NCBI RefSeq assembly: GCF_009914755.1
Contig: NC_060943.1
DNA length: 64,000 nt
Direction: 5' to 3' (one strand)
DNA from: the human T2T-CHM13v2.0 reference genome, Homo sapiens
Shown: positions 1 through 21,837 of the stretch, piece by piece
How the letters are laid out: each line of letters starts with the position of its first letter
How positions within the stretch are numbered: position 1 is the first letter of the stretch
The notes under the pieces: generated by a model
Told to the model about the DNA's origin: nothing
What the model saw: only the letters and a program-made list of their open reading frames with translations
Databases searched by the model: none
Position numbers and translations under genes: made by a program

Positions 1-106
1 AAGGGTTCAAGTAAAAGTTGGAGGCAAGACTTGAAGAGAAAGTAAAAGCAAGCTTTCAGAGTATGACATTCTTTCTTTCTTTCTTTTCTTTTTTTTTTTT
101 TTTTGA

Positions 107-214
<108 letters not shown>

Positions 215-474
215 TAGCTGTGATTACAGGCATGTGCCACCACGCCTGGCAAATTTTTGTATTTTTAGTAGACACAGGGTTTCACCATGTTGGCCAGTCT
301 GGTTTCAAACTCCTGATCTCAGGTGATCCACCCGCCTTAGCCTCCCAAAGTGCTGAGATTACAGGCGTAAACCACTGTGCCTGGCCACGAGTATGACATT
401 CTCAAAGGGGCTCAGAAGAGGGGAATTACCATAGAGGGAAATATAGTTACCACTAATTTTTGTTTTAAAGATGG

Positions 475-1447
475 TGAAGGGGGCCTGCCCCTCCACACCT
501 GTGGGTATTTCTCGCAAGGTGGAGATGAGAGACTGAGAAAAGAAATAAGACACGGAGCCTTGGGCCCAGGGGACCGGCGCTCAGCATACGAAGGACCCGC
601 ACCGGCACTGGTCTCTGAGTTCCCTCAGTATTTATTGATCACTATCTCTACTATCTCAGCAAGGGGGATGTGGCAGGACTATAAGGTAATGGTGGGGAGA
701 GGGTCAGCAGGAAAACATGTGAGCAAAGGACTCTGTGTCATAAATAAGTTTAAGGAAAGGTGCTGTGCCTCAATGTGCATGTAGACCAGATTTATGTTTG
801 ACTTTACACAAGCATCTCAGTGCAGTAAAGAGCAGTATTGCCCCCAGCATGTCTCACCTCCAGCCATAAGGCAGTTTTCTCCTATCTCAGCAAATAGAAT
901 GTATGATCAGGTTTTACACCGAGACATTCCATTCCCAGGGATGAGCAGGAGACAGATGCTTTCCTCTTATCTCAACTGCAAAGAGGCCGTCCTCTTTCAC
1001 TAATCCTCCTCAGCACATACCCTTTACGGGTGTTGGGCTGGGGGATGGTCAGGTCTTTCCCTTCCCATGAGGCCATATCTCAGGCTATGTCAGTGGGGGG
1101 GAAACCTTGGACAATGCCCAGGCTTTCTCAGGCAGAGGTCCCTGCGGCCTTCCGCAGTGCATTGTGTCCCCGGGTACTCGAGACTGGAGAATGGTGATGA
1201 CTTTTACCAAGCATACTGCCTGCAAACACATTTTAACAAAGCACATCCTGCACAGCCCTAAATCCATTAAATCTTGAGTCAACACAGCATATGTTTCTGC
1301 GAGCACAGGGTTGGAGCTAGGGTTACAGATTAACAGCATCTCAAGGCAGAAGAATTTTTCTTAGAACAGATCAAAATGGAGTTTCTTATGTTTTCCTTTT
1401 TCTACATAGACAAAGTAACAGTCTGACCTATCTTTCTTCCCCCAACA
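475..1447 (-). mobile_element. Solo LTR of HERV-K(HML-2), LTR5-type (LTR5B/A-like)
   Basis: ~973 bp with TG...CA ends. The reverse complement begins TGTTGGGGGAAGAAAGATAGGTCAGACTGTTACT...CATAAGAAACTCCATTTTG, as in LTR5. Perfect 6-bp TSD AGATGG at 469-474 and 1448-1453. Confidence 0.88.
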
Positions 1448-1733
1448 AGATGGGTGAGCAGAAGGGAAAAAATGGCTTTATTCTGTATGTGTGCATGTGT
1501 GTTTATGTGTCTTTTAAAGGAGAAGACCATCATTGGAGTATGCTGATGAAAATAATTCCCTTGAGCCTGGCGCGGTGGCTCATGCCTGTAATCCCAGCAC
1601 TTTGGGAGGCCAAGGCAGGTGGATCACGAGGTCAGGAGTTCGAGACCAGGCTGACCAACATGGTGAAACTCCATCTCTACTAAAAATACAAAAATTAGCC
1701 GGGCTTGGTGGCACGTGCCTGTAATCTCAGCTA

Positions 1734-5890
<4,157 letters not shown>

Positions 5891-5963
5891 TCCTGTGATT
5901 CTCCCACCTCGGTCTCCCAAGTAGTAGCTGAGATTATAGGTGTGCATTACCACGCCCAGCTAA

Positions 5964-6149
<186 letters not shown>

Positions 6150-6380
6150 TAGTAGAGATGGTGTTTCACCGTGTTAGCCAGATGGTCTCGATCTCCTGAT
6201 CTTGTGATCTGCCCGCCTCGGCCTCCCAAAGTGCTGAATTTTTGTATTTTCAGTAGAGATGGGGTTTCACCATGTTGGCAAGGCTGATCTTGAACTCCTG
6301 ACCCCAGGTGATCCGCCCGCCTCGGCCTTCCAAAGTGCTGGGATTACAGGTGTGAGCCACAGCGCCCAGCTGACTGCTGA

Positions 6381-6560
<180 letters not shown>

Positions 6561-8054
6561 TAGTAGAGAAGGGGTTTCTCCATGTTGGTCAGGCTGGTCT
6601 CGAACTCCCGACCTCAGGTGATCTGCTCACTTTGGCCTCCCAAAGTGCTGGGAATAATGAGCCACCAAGCCCAGCCCCAAGAAAAAAAGTTTTTTTTTTC
6701 AAAGCTGAAGCCTGGAAGAACATATAGGTGACTAAAAATTAGACAAAAAGAAAAAAAAAAAAAACAGAAAAAAAGTCAATGTAGTACACCGCACTGACAA
6801 AGTGAAGGACAAAAATCACGTGATCAGCTCAATTGATGCATAAAAAGTATTTGAGAAAATCCAATACTGTTCATGATTTTAAAAAACCATTTAAACTAGA
6901 AAGAGAAGAAAATACCAGAACATGAGATTTAGCTGTGATTTCTTGGATACAATATGAAAAGCACTGGCAGAAAAGCAAAAACAGATGAAAGGAACTACAT
7001 CTAAATGAAAAACTTCTGTGCATCAAAAGAGAATGCTCCAGCAAGGATGTAGAAGAGCGAGCTCCTGTTTCCCAACACAAAAGTAAAATCTCAAAACTTG
7101 CAGGTTAAAATATCACAATAAAACATTCACTGAAAAACATGTTTTAAATCTCATATCGATGTATAAATACGTTACTATAAATCTTGTGCTGACTCTTGCC
7201 ATGAACTGAGAATGGTGGTTCTCCACTGAGCACGAGGAAGGAAGCGGAACAGAAAAGACGATGTGTTACATCTTAGTGCCTAAGCTATAAGTTTGGAGTT
7301 TTACTATAAAACATTCACCATGTGATGTTCAAAATAAAATAGAATATTTAATAATTATTGGGTTAAAAAAATGGTTCAATTCTCTCCAATGGCAAAGAAG
7401 CTGTGATTCACTGTATGAGCACAGTGATAACCATTCTCACCTAAAACACAGTTCACAGGGGTTCCTCCAGGAATACAACATCTCTGTTCTGGTCTGTCTG
7501 AAAATAGTTTAATGTATCTCCTGCTGTTTGACATTTATGTTGACTTCATATATTAAAATGTGAGGAATGAAAAAATCCTATCACTGATGTTTCCATCTAA
7601 ACTTTCCATTCCATTCCCAGTCATTAAGAGTTTGAACTCAGAAACACAGTGACTCACTTGTTCAGTTCCAAATATAATAAAAACGAGGCAGGAAAGATTT
7701 CCCCATAGTGTTCTCATTTTAAAGCATTCAACAGGAACTTGTGCATATTAATACCTGACGTCATGGGCAACTTCTTGAATCCTGGTCTACAAAGAGGTGG
7801 CATACATCCAAATGTGGCCCCTAAACAATCCCTGCTCCCCAGAAGCACTGAAACCACAAGGCCCACACCCCATCTCCAATCCATGTCTGGGTGTCAGCCC
7901 TTCCAAGGACCATGCCCAGCAGAGCCTCTTCAGAAGTTCATGTCACTAGGTCATGCAGGATGGAATCTAAGTGAGATGAGAGGGACTGAGGGAAGGCATG
8001 CGTGAGTGAGCAAACATGTCAGGCAGGATGTTTCAAAGATTTGCAATGACATTT

Positions 8055-8621
<567 letters not shown>

Positions 8622-9849
8622 TAGGCTCGGCTAATTTTTGTATTTTTAGTAGAGACGGGGTTTCCCCATCTTAGCCAGGCTGGTATTGAGCTCCTGACCT
8701 CAGGTGATCCGCCTGCCCCGGCCTCCGAAAGTGCTGAGATTACAGGCATGAGCCACCACACCCAGAAAAAAATTTAAAATTTAATATGTGTTATATTATA
8801 AACAGAGAAATCAATATGTCACAATTTAATCAACTCATCCAATCAACACCCCCAACCTTGTTCATTATTCTGTGTTTCCCTCCCTTATTCCGTACATATC
8901 TCTCATTCTCATCTTCTCTAACTCTTGGGTTCTTTTCTGTTTCCCCCTGGGTTTCTGCTCCTCATTTTGAGCCTCTCTCCTCTCTTGCTGTTTCTCCGCT
9001 TCTTCCTGCTATTCCATCTTTTCCACCTGTTCTGCTCCAGTCTTACAACTTGTTTCACCTCCTGTCCCTCTTTCTCCCCAATCACTGGATTGTCCCCAGT
9101 GTCCATACATTTCTGCCTCTGTCTTTCCCCATCTCTGCTTCCCCTGTTAAATTCCCTCTTCCCTGTTTACACCTCCTTGTCCTCAGTCTCTAGCACCCTC
9201 AGATCCCTAGGCTTACACTGAGGTCTATGATCCATTCTGAGTTAATTTATGCACAAAACGTGAGGTTTTTGTCTGGATTTTTTTCTTTTTTGCATTTGGA
9301 TGTCCAGTTGTTCCAGCACCAAAACTCAAACAGAAACACACAATCTGAACAGGCCTATAGCTTTTAATGAATTTGAACCAATAATCCCTGAGCACCCTGC
9401 TGTGGTTCTTCTTCTGCTCTCCTTGTCACCAGTTGCCCCTTCTTGCTGTCCCAGCACCACGCTGCTGCCTGCCGTGGCTCCAAATCCCTCCTCCTCTCCC
9501 TCACTCTCTGTCTGAGGAGCCTCCCCTCTGCTGCCCCTCTCCCTACCTTGCTGTCCTTCACCTTTCTGGACATGGAGCTTTTCTCTACATTTCTCCAGTT
9601 GTTTCCCCATCCTGTTACTTTCTCAGCTTCTTCTTTGACTCTTCCTGTCTCTTTGCGAATCCCCCACGCATCCTCCATTTTGCCATCTGTTTATGGGTTT
9701 CCCTCATTCTCTGTCTCAGTTTGTCTACTTCTCTCGCAGTCCCTGTTTCCAGATCCCCTTGGCCCACACATTCACAGGAGGGTTTAGGGTAAGACACCTG
9801 CATCCCGCAGGAGCACATTTTTCCAGGGGGTGGAGCTGGGAAGGCAAGA

Positions 9850-10570
9850 ACACCGGGTGTCACAGGACAGGCCCTGGGCACCTCCCTAACGCGGGCTCAG
9901 GGGAAGCGGGGACTGCAAACGAGAGGCCTGGGGAGCAGCAGGGCCCAGCAAGAGTTGGAGGGAGGTGGGGGCGAAGGCGCCTTAGGATAGGGGTGGGGTC
10001 TGCAGGATCCCGCCAGGCAGAGGACGCAGCCTCCCTGGGACTGGGGCTGCGGGGCCGACGAGGGCGAGGCTGGGAGGCGCCCAGGACGCGACTCCACCTC
10101 GCGGGTGAGGACTTGAAAAAGTGCGGGGCAGGATGAGGGGTCAGTACAGGGTTTCGAACGGAAAAATTTAAGGAAAGAACATGTCTACATGACCTGAAGG
10201 CAGAAACACCGGCGACGGAACCAGCCTCAGAATGATTTTACCCCAAATCACTGAAACGACCCCAAGAGTCTCATAGCGATGTGTGACTTACTAGCAGTGA
10301 GGGGAGCGGTATGAGAATTTTCAGGCGTGTACGAACCTCCAAATCCGGGGTATGGAGGTGAGAGGACTGCGAAGCCCAAGTTTAATCTTAATAATAGACA
10401 GAGGGAAATCCACGCGCCGCCATACAAGGTTCACTCCGCGCGATCTGTTTCCGGGTCTGCAGGAAACTAAGCGCAGAGCGGAATCCTGGGCGGGTCCCGC
10501 GAGCGACGGCGTCGGGAGGGAAGAAGGAAGGGGGCGGGGCCTCCGCGGAGAGGGGGGGCCTATGCTTTCC
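9850..10570 (-). promoter_or_regulatory. CpG-rich KRAB-ZNF-type promoter/first exon (copy A)
   Basis: High CpG density. GC box GGGGCGGGGC at ~10531, ETS-like CCGGAAAC (minus, ~10448), exon-1-like GATCGCGCGGAGTGAA, weakened donor GC|GTGGAT at 10413. Confidence 0.7.
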
Positions 10571-10817
10571 TCTTCTGGCTCCCATGGCATCTCTATTTTT
10601 CGGGTTTAGGAGGCAACATTTACCAGTGAGGCTGAAGCAACTCAGCAGGATCTCCCTGGGGCAGGGCAAACCGTTGGTGATTGGATCCAGGAAAATTCCT
10701 GCTATTGAAAAAGTTTAGCAACTTAATTTAAAAGCCCCAGAATTGTCTGTGAAGGGGATGCAAACTGGAACGTGAAAGGCAAACTCTGCATGGGGGGATG
10801 GATCAATCCCATGCTGA

Positions 10818-11057
<240 letters not shown>

Positions 11058-11377
11058 TAGACAGGATGGTCTCGATCTCCTGACCTCGTGATCTGCCTGC
11101 CTCAGCCTCCCAAAGTGCTGGGATTACAGGCGTGATCCACCGCACCTGGCCCTAGAAATCCTTTTATTTTCTAATCTCCATTTACTCCAGAGAGTCAACC
11201 TTGTACTTGTTTCCAAAGACTGACTTTGTTTTTTTTTTTTTTTTTGGAAACGTAGTTTCAAATCTGTCAGCCTTGGCTTCCCAAAGTGCTGGGATTACAG
11301 GCGTGAGCCACTGGGCCTGGCCTCCAGAGACTTTCATAGACGCAACACCTGGGGTGTTAAGCATGGAAAGCTAGGTC

Positions 11378-12115
11378 TGTCATCACCCTGGATTCATCTT
11401 GTCTCTGCCCAGAAGAGACAGTGCACTGAAAACAGGAGAGTTTTGCAGCAAAGAGTTTAATTATCGCAGGGCTAGCCAAGTGGAACAAGTTGGGAGAGGG
11501 GGAAGTTAGTTCTCAAATCTGTCGCCCGAAAAGTTGGGAGACTAGGGTTTTGAGGATAATTCGGAGAGCAAGGGGCTAGGGAATTGGTGTGGCTCATTAG
11601 TTGTGGAGAAAATCATAAGAGGGTTCAAAACAGGCCTCCTGGAGCTGAGTCAGTTTCTGGGTGACGGTCACAGGACCGGGCAGTGCCAGTTCTCTGGTAC
11701 CAGTGAAGAAGACGTCCAGGTGGCCTGAATGACTCTGCCCAATTGTAAAAGTCTGAAAAATACCTCAAAGACCAATCTTAGGTTTTCACAATAGTAGTGT
11801 TATCTACAGGAGCAACTGAGAAATTACAAATCACTGGTTATTGTTTCTGTCTACATTTTAGCAGAATTCAGTTACCTCCCATAATCCTAACATTTAGCCT
11901 TTCATTAGTCTTAGAAAGTTGGTTTCAGTCACCTGAGAGGGTCACTTTGGGAGGGACTAGTATCATCCTTTCTTCAAAGTCATAACTATAAACTGAATTC
12001 CACCCATAGTTAGCTGGGCCAATGCCCAGTAATGAGCAAACACAGCTTGTGAGGTTAGAAGCAACAATTAGGTTAGATTTCTCTCACTATCATGATTTTT
12101 GCAAAGGTGGTTTCA
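11378..12115 (-). mobile_element. ERV1 LTR, LTR8/MER4-group
   Basis: Reverse complement begins TGAAACCACCTTTGCAAAAATCATGATAGTGAGAGAAATCTAACC. TG...CA ends; near-TSD GGTC/GGTT. Confidence 0.65.
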
Positions 12116-12335
12116 GGTTCAGTGATGTTAGATCACCAATTTTTGCTTTAAATAATAAGCAATGGCCGGGTGCAGTGGCTCATGCCTGTAATCCCAGCAC
12201 TTTGGGAGGCCGAGGCAGGTGGGTCACCTGAAGTCAGGAGTTCAAGACCAGCCTGGCCAACATGGCAAAACCCTGTCTCTACTAAAAATACAAAAAGTAG
12301 CCGGGTGTGGTGGTGCATGCCTGTAATCTCAGCTA

Positions 12336-12470
<135 letters not shown>

Positions 12471-12479
12471 CTAAAACAT

Positions 12480-13924
<1,445 letters not shown>

Positions 13925-14544
13925 CCTCCTTGTAATATCATTATAAGAGAAATGCAAATTAATATGGATTTTTTTCAAATAAGTTAAAGTAGGAACTACT
14001 TTGTGTGTGTGTGTGTATGTGTGTGTGACAGAATCTCATTCTGTCACCCAGACTGGAGTGCAATGGCATGATCATTGCTCATTGCAGCCTCAGGTGATCC
14101 TCCCACCTCAGCCTCCTGGTAGCTGAGACTACAGGCATGTACCATCATGCCTGGCTAATTTTTGTATTGCTTGTAAAGACAGGATTTTGCCATGTTGCCC
14201 AGGCCAGTCGCAAACTCCTGGTCTCAAGTGATCCTCCCACCTCAGCCTGCCAAAATGCCAGGATTACAGGCATGAACCACTTAGCCCATCCAGGAAGTAC
14301 TTTCATCTCTTGAGTATATATTATAGCCTGTGTCACACACAAAAAAGAGAATGTACATATTCTAACACAGATGGAACAATGAAAATGTTTACTACTGTCA
14401 AAGAACAAATTTGGACATTGGTTAGAAGAGATTCTATTCAAAAAGTATATTGTGGTAGGGAGAATGCTCCAACCACAAGATCTGCAAATGTTTGAGTCAC
14501 AAGAAATGGGCTTTTCTTTTCTCTAAAGAAGGAAGCAAGGCTAG

Positions 14545-14806
<262 letters not shown>

Positions 14807-15304
14807 TAGCCAGGATGGTTTCGATCTCCTGACCTCGTGATCTGCCCACCTCAGCCTCCCAAAGTGCTGGGATTACAGGCGTGAGCCACCACGCCCGGCC
14901 CAAACAAAGATTTTAAAAAATAATAAATACATGTGTTCTACTTGAAAAACAGAACTAAAAGTAATAAGAACAATAGCAAACTTTGCTCCTTACCTCAGTT
15001 TTTGAATGACATTGAAGGGTCCTCAATGTGCATTTCGGCTGTGTGGTATTCATTTCGATCACATGCAAGACACTGATCAGTTCTTGTTGGAAGATATGGC
15101 TCTACATTTCTAACTTCAAGGGTCTCTGTAACTGTCGAATTAAGCAGAAAGCTAGGGTCATATTAAGAAAAATAGTGTTCCCTTATACATTTTTCTGCTG
15201 ATCATGGGAAAACATATTCTCACAGCTTCATGAATTATTTGGTCACAATTTGACAATAAAAACACTAATTTATATGTCAGATCCATGTCACATTCTCATA
15301 TTAA

Positions 15305-15517
<213 letters not shown>

Positions 15518-15724
15518 TAGCCAGGATGGTCTCGATCTCCTGACCTCGTGATCCACCCACATTGGCCTCCCAAAGTGCTGGGATTACAGGCATGCGCCCG
15601 ACCTCAATCTAAATTTTCTTGACATCCTTTTTGGTACCAGCTGAGCCCTGACAAAGGAAGGTAATTCAGAGACATTTTCTCTTGTGATCAGAGAAATAAC
15701 CTAATGAGAATAAACTTATGTTGA

Positions 15725-15919
<195 letters not shown>

Positions 15920-16235
15920 TAGACATAGGGTTTTGTCACGTTGCCCAGGCTGGTCCCAAACTTCTGAACTCAAGTGATCCGCCTGTGTCAGCCTCCCAGT
16001 GTGTTGGGATTACAGGTGTGCACCACCATGCCCAGCTGAAAATAAAATTAAGGTGAAGAAAGTTGTTCTCTGTGATCTCAGGGGAAAACCTTCAGGTAAA
16101 TTTGCATTCAGATTGAATAGAAGAAACATACAAATGTGGATGAACTAGATACTACTTTAAAAGTCTTTCTCGCGCCAGGCTCAGTGGCTCATGCCTGTAA
16201 TCCCATCACTTTAGGAGGCTGAGGCAGGCAGATCA

Positions 16236-16448
<213 letters not shown>

Positions 16449-16490
16449 TTACAAAAAATAAATAAATAACGTATTTCTGTCCACAAACCA

Positions 16491-17499
<1,009 letters not shown>

Positions 17500-17501
17500 T
17501 C

Positions 17502-17519
17502 TGGTGTTTTCACCTGGTT
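17502..17519 (+). other. Primer-binding site for tRNA-Val
   Basis: TGGTGTTTTCACCTGGTT matches 15/18 of TGGTGTTTCCGCCCGGTT, the complement of the tRNA-Val 3' end. All three mismatches are transitions. Lies 2 nt after the LTR end. Confidence 0.85.
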
Positions 17520-17543
17520 ACCTGGTTACCTCGCCTGGTTATC

Positions 17544-17552
17544 CAGGTAAGT
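17544..17552 (+). promoter_or_regulatory. Major splice donor of ERV-V2
   Basis: Perfect consensus CAG|GTAAGT (GT at 17547-17548) just downstream of the PBS. Confidence 0.8.
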
Positions 17553-17682
17553 ACCAAAAAGCTGGTGCCAGATTCTCTGGTTGACGACCTCTGCTTCTTT
17601 CTGCACTGAAGAACCTCCTGCCCTAATGCAGATCTGGCAGCTTTAAGGGGAGGGGTTTTTCCTCTCAGGCTCTGTTCACTAA

Positions 17683-18168
<486 letters not shown>

Positions 18169-18562
18169 TGAGCCACTGCGACCGGCGCATATCTTTTAAT
18201 TAAAACTACAATCCGGTGTTAAGTCAGCTCTTATACTTGCCATTCATGGCCGTTCACTCCCCTGAACACCATATGCCCCCACCATTGATTAATCTCCCAG
18301 GTCACTCTGCTTACTCTTTGCTGTCCCTCTCCTCGCCGCAGGGATTTCATGAATTCTTCCTGCGGGTGCAAGCCTCTTGCAGGGCCTGTTTATCCAGGAC
18401 CTGCTGCGTTTGCTTCACTCAGGCGCCAGAGTCCTTTGAGGGCCTATGCTGATGTTTATACTTTTTTCCTCAGAAATGAGACTCAGCTTTGTCCTTTCCC
18501 TTGCCTCCTGTTTCACTGGAGGGACCGGCACTGGGAGGATGCCTGCTTAAAGAAATCCCTCA

Positions 18563-18880
<318 letters not shown>

Positions 18881-19535
18881 TTATTATTGGGTCCTTCTCC
18901 GCCTGCCTACTCTTCAAGAATGCCTCATTCTGTGACTCCTCAATGGAACTGCCTGGCTCTTCCAGAGGGTCACCTGTGACCACTTCCTTACTCCCTAGTT
19001 TCTCTGTACAACCAGGGTTTCCAATGGGCCACAGGAGACTGCTTTCTCCACCTCATTAGGCCATTGTAACAGACCCGTGAAGTACTCAGGTCCTTTTTGC
19101 TTTTTGTTGAATAAGCTGATAGAAAATGCTTCTCACATTCCCCTTGCTGTTTATGTGATCATATAATGGACTAAAAAACCAGAATCAACAGCCCAGTTCA
19201 CTAACTCTGAGCCCCAGGGGGTCTTCTATGCTTTTCAAGCATTTTTTTCTGTATAAACCCCAAGGAACCTTTTAAGAGTGGGGGAAGATATCACATCTTT
19301 TCCGTTCCTGTAATCATTAGTATTAGCCCAATATCATTATGTATTAAGAAGACCTAGGCTGGGCGCATTGGCTCACGTTTGTAATCCCAGCACTTTCGGA
19401 GGCCAAGGCGGACGTGTCACCCGAGGTTGTGAGTTCGAGACCAGCCTGATCAACATGGAGAAACGCCGTATCGGCTGGGCACGGTGGCTGATGCCTATAA
19501 TCCCAGCACTTTGGGAGGCTGAGGCGGGCAGATCA

Positions 19536-19871
<336 letters not shown>

Positions 19872-20352
19872 TTACCGTGAGCCAAGATAGCGCCACTGCA
19901 CTCCAGCCTGGGCAACAAGAGAGAAACTGTCTCAAAAAAAAGGACTTTAGAAGTCCCTTCTCTGCAGAATTCAGCAGGGGCACAACTACTGGGCTTCCTG
20001 CAGAACCAAGGTCACTGGGAACATGAGAGAAGAGAAGAGAACTACTCTCATGGCAGACATTCTTCCACCCGTCCTTACCCAACACGGAAGAGTGGAAGGC
20101 ATCACTGCTGGGCATCAATCCCAGGAAATCTAAGAAATCCTTCTGAGCAAAACAATAGGAAGAAATGCAAACAGCAGAGCACACAGTAGGGCTAATTCCA
20201 GAGCTCCAAGGTGAAGGACACTTCACCCTTGCAGGGAGAGGCATGAGACACCTCATTTAGGTCAAGGATTGGAATGCCTGACCTTCATGAGTCACCAAAT
20301 AGGTAAAGGGACACTTCCTCTATCCTGCATTCTCTCTTGTCTTGTCTTTCAG

Positions 20353-20612
20353 ATGGGTAATCAGATCTTTATATCCCAGGATTCCCCTCCTGGATCCCCT
20401 TGGAATCTGGGAAAAGGTTGATCCCCAGATTGTAAAACAAGAGACTGATTTTCCTTTGCAATATAGTTTGGTCAAAGGTGGGGAGCTTAAATGTTAATAC
20501 CATATTCCAGCTTGACCTTTACTGCCAACACCAACACAAATGGTCAGAAGTCCCTTATGTGAAAATCTTCATGATCTCGTGGGAAAACCCTGATTTTTGT
20601 AAAGGCTGCAAA
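20353..20612 (+). pseudogene. Truncated, frameshifted gag (matrix) remnant of HERV-V2
   Basis: Starts MGNQ; later GSLNVNTIFQLDLYCQHQHKWSEVPYVKIF resembles HERV-W/ERV9-type matrix (GSINYNTILQLDLFC...KWSEVPYV). Cut off at an Alu pair. Confidence 0.78.
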
Positions 20613-20709
20613 ACGGGCTCAAAAGAAAAAGAAAAGGAAAGGAAACAGCCAAGGGCGGTGGCTCACGCCTGTAATCCTAGCACTTTGGGAGGCCAAGGTG
20701 GGCTGATCA

Positions 20710-20811
<102 letters not shown>

Positions 20812-21164
20812 TTAGCCGGGCATGGTGGCGGTCACCTGTAATCCCAGCTACTCGAGAGGCTGAGGCAGGAGAATCACTTGAACCCCAGGAGGCGGAGGTT
20901 GCAGTGAGCTGAGATCGCACCATTGCACTCCAGCCTGGGAGACAAGAGCAATACTACATCTCAAAAAAACAAACAAAAAAAAGGCCAGCCACAGTGGCTC
21001 ATGCCTGTAATCCCAGTACTTTGAGAGGCTGAAGCAGGTAGATCATCTGAGGTCAGGAGTTCAAGACCAGCCTGACCAATGTGGAGAAACCTTGTCTACT
21101 AAAAATACAAAATTAGCTGGGCATGCTGGTACATGCCTATAATCCCAGCTACTCGGGAGGCTTA

Positions 21165-21260
<96 letters not shown>

Positions 21261-21282
21261 TCAAAAAAAAAAAAAAAAAAAA

Positions 21283-21599
21283 ATACAAGCCATTCAGGAG
21301 TTTGGACAAAAGGTACTGCCTGCTCTTGACCCTTTCAGGAATCAACACCCATTATACCAACCAGGGTCAAAAAACCTGGAGAGATGGGTCATCTGGGTCT
21401 CAACTCCCTTATGGAAAGACCCCTTTACTGTCTTACTTTCCACCCCAACAGCTATCAACATTTCTGGCATCTCCAGTTGGATACATCAGTCTCAAGTGAA
21501 ACTGTGGGAAGGTCCCGAAGAACCACAGAGGAACAACAGAATTCAGCGCCTGAGCATTCTTGTGAGCCACTGGAGAACTTAAAATTCCACTTCAAGTGA
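21283..21599 (+). pseudogene. 3' end of pol (integrase C-terminus) remnant of HERV-V2
   Basis: [32 protein letters not shown] and [13 protein letters not shown] match the gamma-like ERV integrase C-terminus. Frameshifted. Confidence 0.8.
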
Positions 21600-21837
21600 A
21601 AAGATAAGTAAAGCCTTCTCTCTGTTCCCCCAAAACTAAAGTCAATCTCAGTACGGGGAATCTTGGTTGCGGTGGCATTGGTTCTTCTCCTTATTTTGAC
21701 CCACACTGGCATGCCACCTGAAGTCCCGATAACAGCCTGATTTCTCACTAAACACTCCATCGAACCATTTCATTATTTGTCTCTCCTATTTTCAGCACTT
21801 TCCTTTTGCTTTCACAAAGCTTAAGGGAGAATCAGCT

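Noticed and set aside
8786-10669. Overlapping Leu/Ser/Pro- or Gly/Arg-rich ORFs (also at 30334-31343 and 62319-63450)
   Set aside because: They arise from pyrimidine-rich intron and GC-rich promoter composition; frames are not conserved among the three copies.
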